Positions 57,630-64,000 of a stretch of DNA of 64,000 bases are shown piece after piece. Below the pieces are notes generated by a model. It was not told the origin of the DNA, did not search any database, and saw only the letters and a program-made list of their open reading frames with translations. A program made the translations under genes and the position numbers. The stretch comes from Myxococcales bacterium (GTDB lineage Bacteria; Desulfobacterota; Binatia; HRBIN30), in the NCBI GenBank assembly GCA_037445065.1, contig JBBILD010000005.1, positions 96,001 through 160,000 on the forward strand, in the 5' to 3' direction. Numbering within the stretch: the first letter of the stretch is position 1; each line of letters begins with the position of its first letter.

Positions 57630-58889
57630 ATGGCCGATTTGGTTCCCGTGCACGGGGGTTTAGAATCGCCCGTCAACCGCGTCGTTCCTCTCGGACGCCG
57701 CAAGCAGTTTCTCGAGGAAGCCAAGGATTTCGCCCGCGTGGAAGTGAGCCGGGCCGATCTCTCCACCGTCTATCGCATCGCAGACGGAACCCTTTCGCCT
57801 CTGACCGGCCCGATGGACGAAGACACCTGGCACTACGTCCTCGACCACGATGCGCTGGATTTCGGCTTTCGCCATTATGCGTGGACGGCGCCCATTTCCT
57901 TCCCGGTCACTGACGACGAAGCGCGCCGGGTGCGCATCGGGAAGCCCGTGGCCCTCTTTCACGAAGGGCAGACTGTGGGAATGGTACGCGTGACCAGCCT
58001 TTTCGACTGGGATAAGCCAAAGCACATCGAACGCTTCTACGGAACGCGCCGGACCGATCACCCTGGTGCGCGCATGATTCTCGAAGATCCCCGTACCAAG
58101 CTGATCGGCGGCGAGCTTTGGGCTCTGCCGCAGGAGGTCGATCCGGAATACGGCGAGTTCGTTCTTTCGCCTCGCCAAGTGCGCACGCTGATTGCCGAGC
58201 GGCGTTGGGAACGGGCGCTCGCCTTCCAAACCCGCAACCCGTTGCACCGAGCACATGAGTACGCACTGGTGGCTGGCGTCGAGCGCCTGACCCGCGAGGG
58301 ATACTTTGCAGGTGTGGTCTTGAACCCGCTGGTCGGTGAACTGAAGGGAGACGACGTGCCGGCTCGCGCCCGCATGCGCTGCTACCGCGCCCTGCACGAC
58401 CTCAAGCTGCTCGGCAAAGGAGACAAGGACGAGGCTTTGTGGCGCGAGAAAGGCTACGACCTCACGGAGGTCTTCGAGCTCGTCGGCCTGGACATCAAGA
58501 TGCTTTACGGAGGCCCCAAGGAAGCGGTGATGCACGCGATCTACCGCCAAAACCTGGGGTTCACCGACATTGTCATTGGACGCAAGCATGCCGACGCCCC
58601 GTATGATGACGGCTCCCCGATCTGGGGCGATTTCGATGCGCAAGAGATTTTCCGCGAGCTCCGCGGGGACCTGCGCATCCAGCCTTGCAACATCGGTTTC
58701 GCGGCATACTTCGAAAGTGTCGGGCGCGTGGACCTCATCGAGAATCATCCCGGCGAGAAACCTGTATCCATTTCGGGCTCAAGCATCCGAGAAATGCTCA
58801 CCCGCGGGGAGCGTCCCGACGAGCGGATTCTCAGACCAGAGATCGCTGACATCCTGATCGCCTACTACCGGGAGAAAGCCTCTCGCTGA
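57630..58889 (+). CDS. sat: Sulfate adenylyltransferase (Sat-type ATP sulfurylase)
   Basis: 'VPVHGG', 'DHPG', 'AFQTRNPLHRAHEY', 'GGPKEAVMHAIYRQNLG', 'ISGSSIREML'. Confidence 0.93.
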   Translation: MADLVPVHGGLESPVNRVVPLGRRKQFLEEAKDFARVEVSRADLSTVYRIADGTLSPLTGPMDEDTWHYVLDHDALDFGFRHYAWTAPISFPVTDDEARRVRIGKPVALFHEGQTVGMVRVTSLFDWDKPKHIERFYGTRRTDHPGARMILEDPRTKLIGGELWALPQEVDPEYGEFVLSPRQVRTLIAERRWERALAFQTRNPLHRAHEYALVAGVERLTREGYFAGVVLNPLVGELKGDDVPARARMRCYRALHDLKLLGKGDKDEALWREKGYDLTEVFELVGLDIKMLYGGPKEAVMHAIYRQNLGFTDIVIGRKHADAPYDDGSPIWGDFDAQEIFRELRGDLRIQPCNIGFAAYFESVGRVDLIENHPGEKPVSISGSSIREMLTRGERPDERILRPEIADILIAYYREKASR

Positions 58890-59009
58890 GAGGTGAGGAA
58901 CAGCCGTAGCCGGCGCCGCCCCAAGAGGGCGCCTCCCTGCGAGCTTTCTGCCCCTGGCGCGCAAGCCCCCAGTGGCTAGCCAGGCGCCCTCGGACGGTGT
59001 TCGAACCCT

Positions 59010-59522
59010 TCACGGATTCGCACGCGGCCCAGTACCGCGGCTGCCGGGCGCCGCGTGCGCACCCGCCCCGGAGCGTAACGTTTCTTGCGCCTGGCGTTGC
59101 TGTTCATAAAGCGCCAGCCGTGCGAGCACGTGCAGGGCAAAACCGCTCGCTGCCGCCAGTTTGGCCGCTTGCGCGAAAGCGGGAAGAAGCGAGGCGAACG
59201 CGGACAACTGTTGCACGCAGAATAGCAGCAGGGAAGTGTTCAAAAGCACGAACACACCCCAAACCCACTTCGGGCTCAAGAAGCAAGCTGCGAAGGCGGA
59301 ACCTGGCGTCCCCACCTTGCCCGGCAGGATCCAGTAGGCAACGCCCAAGGCGAGTTGCACAAGCCAGCCCCACAACAGGAACTCGTAGTGGACGGGGAGC
59401 AGCACCCAGAGCTGGGCGTGAAACGGCGCTGCCTTCTGGACCAGCAGTAAAACGCCGAGCACCGTCCCCGCCAGCCAGAACACCAGCGCCGCATGGAGGA
59501 AACAACGGGCCACTCGCGGCAT
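59010..59522 (-). CDS. Small 4-TM membrane protein, heme-copper oxidase subunit I-like fragment family
   Basis: 'HYEFLLWGWLVQLALGVAYWILP'; paralogous to the adjacent gene. Confidence 0.6.
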   Translation of the reverse strand: MPRVARCFLHAALVFWLAGTVLGVLLLVQKAAPFHAQLWVLLPVHYEFLLWGWLVQLALGVAYWILPGKVGTPGSAFAACFLSPKWVWGVFVLLNTSLLLFCVQQLSAFASLLPAFAQAAKLAAASGFALHVLARLALYEQQRQAQETLRSGAGAHAAPGSRGTGPRANP

Positions 59523-59524
59523 GG

Positions 59525-59944
59525 TCAGCGTCCCCGGATCCGCGGCCACAGGAGCAGCGCCCAGCCCAACGCGCCGATCCCGTGCAACGCGGCGGCAACG
59601 AGCAAAACCACGGCCCACGGTTCCCCGCTTCCCGCAACCAGCAAGGGCTCCGCCACAGTCCTCAGCACGAGGCCAAGGTTCCAAACGGCAAAAGAGGCCC
59701 AGCCTACCGCCTCCAGCACCGGAAGAGAAGGGAACAACGGTTTCGGGAACATCCAATGTGCGACGCCAAAGATCAACTGACTCACCCACCCGAGAAAAAA
59801 CAGGTGGAGATACGAGGGCATCCACAGGCCTCGGCTGGTGGCTGCGTGTGCCCAGTCGTATCCCTCAGCCACTGCAGCCAAACACAGCGAAGCCACCAGA
59901 TAGGCAATCGCGGTTCGAATCAAGACTCGACTGAGCGGAGGCAT
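59525..59944 (-). CDS. Small 4-TM membrane protein, heme-copper oxidase subunit I-like fragment family
   Basis: 'HLFFLGWVSQLIFGVAHWMFPK', 'WNLGLVLRTVAEP'. Confidence 0.65.
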   Translation of the reverse strand: MPPLSRVLIRTAIAYLVASLCLAAVAEGYDWAHAATSRGLWMPSYLHLFFLGWVSQLIFGVAHWMFPKPLFPSLPVLEAVGWASFAVWNLGLVLRTVAEPLLVAGSGEPWAVVLLVAAALHGIGALGWALLLWPRIRGR

Positions 59945-60261
59945 GCGCCCAGCGTAGTCTGCCTGGGCTACCTACTGCTAGTCGGAGGCGCTGTCTTCAG
60001 GAAAAAGCCAGCATACCCGTTAACGGGGCTCTGCTTGGTACGCTGCTGAGGGACCATTCTTGTGGCCCGGTCGGCACGCGCTCCTTTGGATGGGGCGAGA
60101 AGATCCGATGCCGGTCCTCGCAGGAAACCAGTCAAGGGCGCAAGCGATGGGCTAGGCTGCGCTCGGCGCCATAGCGTACGAGAATGCATCGCTTGCAAAA
60201 CTCGGCGCTAACTGCGCCTGCACCGTTCCCCGTCGTCAGTGGCTCTGCTATCGGTGCTCAC

Positions 60262-60885
60262 ATGCCGCGGATCCCCCGGCTCTGCCTCGTCACGGACCGC
60301 CACGCGACAGCCGGGCGGGATCTGCTTTCCACAGTCGAACGCGCGCTCGCTGGCGGTGCCGATGCCGTGCAGCTTCGCGAAAAGGACCTCACGGCACGCG
60401 AATTGTGCGAACTCGGCTCGAAGCTCGTCACCCTCTGCCAGCGTTATGGAGCGAGCCTGCTCATCAACGACCGCCTCGACGTTGCACTCGCAATTGGGGC
60501 GGATGGGGTGCAGCTACCGGAGCGTTCTTTCGCGCCGTGCGAAGCGAGGCAATTGCTTGGCGCCGGCAGGCTGATCGGCGTGTCCAGACACCGCGTGCAA
60601 GATCTTACTCCCGCACTCCTCGAGGGTGCAGATTTCGTGTTGTTCGGGCCCATATTCGACACACCGAGCAAGCGTTCCTATGGCGCCCCGCTCGGCCTCT
60701 CGACACTGCGCGAAGCGACGGCACGAAGCCCGCTTCCCGTGCTCGCCATCGGAGGCATTCACCCCGAGCATGTGCCCAAGGTCATGGCCGCAGGAGCCTA
60801 CGGCGTCGCCACGATCCGCGCGCTGCTTGGGGTGGCTGCTCCCGAGAAGGAAGCCGCCCGCTTTCGCTCCGCTCTGCCGCGCTAG
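60262..60885 (+). CDS. thiE: Thiamine phosphate synthase (ThiE/TenI family)
   Basis: 'VQLREKD', 'INDRLDVA', 'GPIFDTPSK', 'AIGGI'. Confidence 0.85.
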   Translation: MPRIPRLCLVTDRHATAGRDLLSTVERALAGGADAVQLREKDLTARELCELGSKLVTLCQRYGASLLINDRLDVALAIGADGVQLPERSFAPCEARQLLGAGRLIGVSRHRVQDLTPALLEGADFVLFGPIFDTPSKRSYGAPLGLSTLREATARSPLPVLAIGGIHPEHVPKVMAAGAYGVATIRALLGVAAPEKEAARFRSALPR

Positions 60886-61130
60886 AACCCAATTGTTCCT
60901 AAAACGCCGGGCCTGTTTTCTTCGCACCCCAATGTGGGGTGAAGGCGGCCCTGGTATGAGGTTCGGCCGGCGCAGAACGACTGCGCACCACGGCGCACAT
61001 GCCGAGCCACCTATGGCCGGCAACATCGAGGCTCCTCTCACAGAATCTCACGCCGAAGGCCGCCACGGTGCCCGAGCAATCTCTCTTCCGGGCAGGCACC
61101 TACTCTTACCGGGCAGGCCCGAGCACGCGG

Positions 61131-61433
61131 TCAGAAGGCCCGCTCGAAGCGAGCCGGTGGGTTCCACTCGATGGAGATCCCGAACACCTCGGTCAACAGG
61201 TAAGAAAAAGCCACTAACAGCACCAGAAACGTAGTCAGCGCGCCCACCGCCACGCCGGCGAGCAAGGCCAGCGACAAGACCGAGGCGACCCCGACCAACG
61301 GCGCAAGCCAAACCGAAGCGCCCTCTACAGGCGTGGCGAACCAGATCAGGCGCCGTACCGTGCCCGCTGAACCTGACAATCTTTGCAACCACCAGAGGAG
61401 ACTCGCCAAGTCCCACATCGTACCCGTCCTCAC
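61131..61433 (-). CDS. Small hypothetical membrane protein
   Basis: Long hydrophobic segment; GTGA coupling to the upstream gene. Confidence 0.6.
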   Translation of the reverse strand: MRTGTMWDLASLLWWLQRLSGSAGTVRRLIWFATPVEGASVWLAPLVGVASVLSLALLAGVAVGALTTFLVLLVAFSYLLTEVFGISIEWNPPARFERAF

Positions 61434-61927
61434 TCCTGATCGAGCTTTTCCGCACCGATGGTCAGAATCAATACACCGTTGGCCTGCCGAGGTCCACCGA
61501 CTAGCAAGCGCGCATCGCGGCGCAGCGCCAACGAGGTGTCCACAATCGGGCGCGCACCCTCGATCACCATTACCTTCATTGCGATCCGCCCTTCCCGGAA
61601 GCCGCGGGGAATCACCAACACGTAGCGCCCGCCTGGAAGGTCAAAACCTGCCCGCCCTCCCCACGGGACCTGCTGGGACTCTTCCTTGAGAAGGCGGTAC
61701 GAACGGTACGGAAACAAGGAACGCAGTTGGTGTCCGATCAGTTGGAGCTGCGGATCCATGTATTGACCCGAGTTACTCCCCACCACACAACCGACCCGAA
61801 CCTCCACCGCGGGGGCGAGCTGGCGAACTGGATCCACTGGACTGCGGGCTCCGGCCTGCGCCACGCAACGCTGCGCAGTGCCGACCGCCAATACGCCACC
61901 AATCAAGATCCAAAAAGCCTTCACCAC
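61430..61927 (-). CDS. Hypothetical exported protein in the ECF operon
   Basis: Signal-peptide-like N-terminus; overlaps the anti-sigma stop; beta-rich. Confidence 0.7.
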   Translation of the reverse strand: MVKAFWILIGGVLAVGTAQRCVAQAGARSPVDPVRQLAPAVEVRVGCVVGSNSGQYMDPQLQLIGHQLRSLFPYRSYRLLKEESQQVPWGGRAGFDLPGGRYVLVIPRGFREGRIAMKVMVIEGARPIVDTSLALRRDARLLVGGPRQANGVLILTIGAEKLDQE

Positions 61928-62493
61928 TGTCCTCCGGCAGGGGCCTCGTCACTCACCCAGATGACGGCGGTGTCGTGCGCTTCGTCGTTCATCACGGTCA
62001 CCACTGGGAAATCGGTCTCGATCTGCTGGATCTCGGCTGGCACGTCCAGCGCGTTGGATCTCCCATGGGCGATTTGCGTCGGAGCCTGCGGCACAGAGCG
62101 CACGTCCGCAGAGCGCAAGTACAAGCTCAGCGCCAGCACGGCAACCGCGACAGCCGCAGCCGCCGACCACACGAGCCGCCCCGCCGGCTCGCTTGCCTCC
62201 CACCACGACTTCACTCGCTCCCACCAGCGGGCCTCGGTCGCCGGCAAGCGTGCCTCGATGCGCTGCCAAAGCTTGGCAGGGTCAACCGCATCCGCTTTTT
62301 CCTCCACCGTAGCTTTCACGAGTACATGCAGCCGATCCAGCACGCCGATTTCCTCTTGGCATTGCGGGCAAGCCGCACCATGCACGCTCACTCGGCGGAC
62401 ATCGTCCGCACCCAGTTCGCCGTCAAAGAACAGTGCCAGGAGATCCCGTACCTCTCTACAACCCTGCGTGTTGTGCTCTCGTGAATCTGTCAC
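61921..62493 (-). CDS. Zinc-finger (zf-HC2/ZAS) transmembrane anti-sigma factor
   Basis: 'FFDGEL', HxxxCxxC ('HGAACPQC'), one TM helix; follows the ECF sigma. Confidence 0.87.
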   Translation of the reverse strand: MTDSREHNTQGCREVRDLLALFFDGELGADDVRRVSVHGAACPQCQEEIGVLDRLHVLVKATVEEKADAVDPAKLWQRIEARLPATEARWWERVKSWWEASEPAGRLVWSAAAAVAVAVLALSLYLRSADVRSVPQAPTQIAHGRSNALDVPAEIQQIETDFPVVTVMNDEAHDTAVIWVSDEAPAGGQW

Positions 62494-62527
62494 GGCATAC
62501 TTCTCCTAGCGCTCTCGTCCGGCCGGC

Positions 62528-63139
62528 TTACAGCAAGTCCTTCAATTTGTTTTGCAGCTTCTTGCGCGCGTAATGCAGCCGGCTCATCACGGTTCCCTTC
62601 GAGCACTGCATTACGCGACTGATTTCTTCGTACGAGAGTCCTTCCACTTCCCGCAGCAGTATGACGGCCCTGTGATCAGGCGTCAACTCAGCGATGGCTT
62701 GCGCCACGCGCGCGCCAATCTCATGCGCTTGTGCCATGCGCACCGGATCGGTGCGCTCCTCTTCGTCTTTAAGGAAGTCGTCGTAAGGCTGGTCAGAGTC
62801 CGCGTACCCGAATTCTTCCTCCAGCCCTGTTGTCGGGTTGCGCCGGCGGTGCCGGCGGAAATCAATGGCGCGATTGACCGCGATCCGGAACAGCCACGTG
62901 TAAAAGGAGGACTCGCCCTTAAATCCGGAAAGATTCTCGTACGCCTTGACGAAAGTGTCTTGAACGATTTCCAACGCGTCTTCGCTATTACCGACCATGC
63001 CGACCACAATCGTCATGACTTTTCTCTGATACCGCTCGAACAACTCGCGAAAGGCCTCGCGGCTTCCGGCCCGAGCCTCCTCGACCAACCGCTCGTCGCT
63101 TTTTTCCACAATGGCACCCGCTGAATGACGTTCTGCCAA
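62528..63139 (-). CDS. ECF sigma-70 factor (RpoE-like)
   Basis: 'FKGESSFYTWLFRIAVN', 'LREVEGLSYEEIS', 'GTVMSRLHYAR'. Confidence 0.93.
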   Translation of the reverse strand: MAERHSAGAIVEKSDERLVEEARAGSREAFRELFERYQRKVMTIVVGMVGNSEDALEIVQDTFVKAYENLSGFKGESSFYTWLFRIAVNRAIDFRRHRRRNPTTGLEEEFGYADSDQPYDDFLKDEEERTDPVRMAQAHEIGARVAQAIAELTPDHRAVILLREVEGLSYEEISRVMQCSKGTVMSRLHYARKKLQNKLKDLL

Positions 63140-63173
63140 GCCCCTCTATTCACTTGGCCCGAGCTTTGCGTTC

Positions 63174-64000
63174 TCAGGGATGAGCTTCGAGCCAGTTCCG
63201 GCCCACTCCTACATCGGCAACGATCGGTACCCGCAGTACAAGGGCCGCTTCCATCGCCGCCTTCACGACCTCCCCGAGCTGCGTTGCCTGCCCCTCCTCC
63301 ACCTCGAAGACAAGTTCATCGTGGACCTGTAAGAGCATGTGTGCTCGAAAACGGTTGCGCCGCAAGTCGCCGTCAATACGCACCATGGCGAGCTTGATGA
63401 GATCCGCGGCGGATCCCTGGATAGGAGTGTTCATCGCAATGCGTTCCGCGGCTTGCGCCGTGGCCCGGTCCGCACTACGCAGCCCCGGTACCGACCGTCG
63501 CCGCCCGAGAATGGTGGTCACGTATCCGCGCTCGCGCGCTTGCGAGAGGCTCCTCTCAATGTAGTCCCTGACCCCTGCATATCGTTTGAAGTAGTTCTCG
63601 ATGTAGCGTTGAGCTTCTGCCACCGGCACCCCAATTTGCCGCGCCAGCGACGCCGCTCCCATGCCGTACAAAATTCCAAAATTGATCATCTTCGCCACTC
63701 GGCGCATCTCGCGGCTCACCAACTCCGCGGCCACGCCGAACACTTCCGCCGCGGTCCGCGTGTGGATGTCCTCCTGCCGTGCGAAGGCTTCACAAAGCAC
63801 ACGGTCCTCGGAAAAGTGCGCCAGCAGGCGGAGCTCGATCTGGGAGTAATCCGCAACCAGAAGCCGCCACCCGGGGGGGGCGATGAAGCAAGCGCGGATC
63901 GCGCTTCCCTCTTCGCCACGCACGGGAATGTTCTGGAGATTTGGTTCACTCGAACTCAAACGGCCAGTCGCCGTCACGCACTGGTTCAAGGATGTATGCA
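63174..64000 (-). CDS. polA: DNA polymerase I, C-terminal part (truncated by window edge)
   Basis: 'TGRLSSSEPNLQNIP', 'DYSQIELR', 'AKMINFGILYG', 'NTPIQGSAAD', 'QVHDEL'. Confidence 0.97.
   Translation of the reverse strand, partial: HTSLNQCVTATGRLSSSEPNLQNIPVRGEEGSAIRACFIAPPGWRLLVADYSQIELRLLAHFSEDRVLCEAFARQEDIHTRTAAEVFGVAAELVSREMRRVAKMINFGILYGMGAASLARQIGVPVAEAQRYIENYFKRYAGVRDYIERSLSQARERGYVTTILGRRRSVPGLRSADRATAQAAERIAMNTPIQGSAADLIKLAMVRIDGDLRRNRFRAHMLLQVHDELVFEVEEGQATQLGEVVKAAMEAALVLRVPIVADVGVGRNWLEAHP

Noticed and set aside
60020..60130. Possible TPP riboswitch upstream of thiE (GGGG...GCTGAG...GATCCGATGCCGG...GCAGGAA)
   Set aside because: Lacks CTGAGA, the ACCTGA junction and the TAATGC loop, and P1/P2 pairing is not evident; an Infernal search with the Rfam TPP model would settle it
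61083..61118. Short direct repeat CTCTT(A)CCGGGCAGGC twice, plus a nearby hairpin between convergent genes
   Set aside because: Only two copies; compatible with chance duplication or a terminator region

Overview
GC-rich bacterial chromosomal window from a diderm organism (bamD, wza, exbBD). The gene mix (sigma-54 regulators, F420 genes, nrdJ, dciA, ExeA) resembles Ca. Binatia or deltaproteobacteria-like lineages; this is an inference, not tested. No CRISPR array, prophage, IS element or rRNA was seen. Contents in order: (1) 1-12.3 kb, minus strand: Wzy-type exopolysaccharide locus with a BY-type kinase whose catalytic motifs are degenerate, two alkaline-phosphatase-superfamily enzymes and an ExeA-LysM-SPOR ATPase. 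(2) 12.4-20 kb: sigma-54 signalling island with two intact NtrC-type activators and three proteins that keep a His-box but have eroded ATP-binding domains, one of them a pseudo-REC/pseudo-AAA+/HisKA fusion. (3) cofGHDE (F420). (4) GMC oxidoreductase with a Tat partner, D-cysteine desulfhydrase-like enzyme, exbBD-ycf46, cytochrome c'-beta and a hybrid kinase. (5) Amidase, crotonase, PHP lipoprotein, TetR, nrdJ with tandem NrdR boxes divergent from dciA, tRNA-Cys and tRNA-Gly. (6) 51.6-58.9 kb: sulfur-relay operon with two complementary ThiF/E1 halves, a ubiquitin-like carrier with a masked Gly-Gly, CysM, an atypical radical SAM enzyme, an SLC13 transporter, a USP and Sat. (7) thiE, an ECF sigma/anti-sigma operon and the 3' end of polA. 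The best candidates for undescribed systems are the split heterodimeric E1 sulfur-relay operon and the pseudokinase/pseudo-bEBP relay beside the EPS locus. All assignments come from motifs read by eye; no database search was run and many start codons are estimates.
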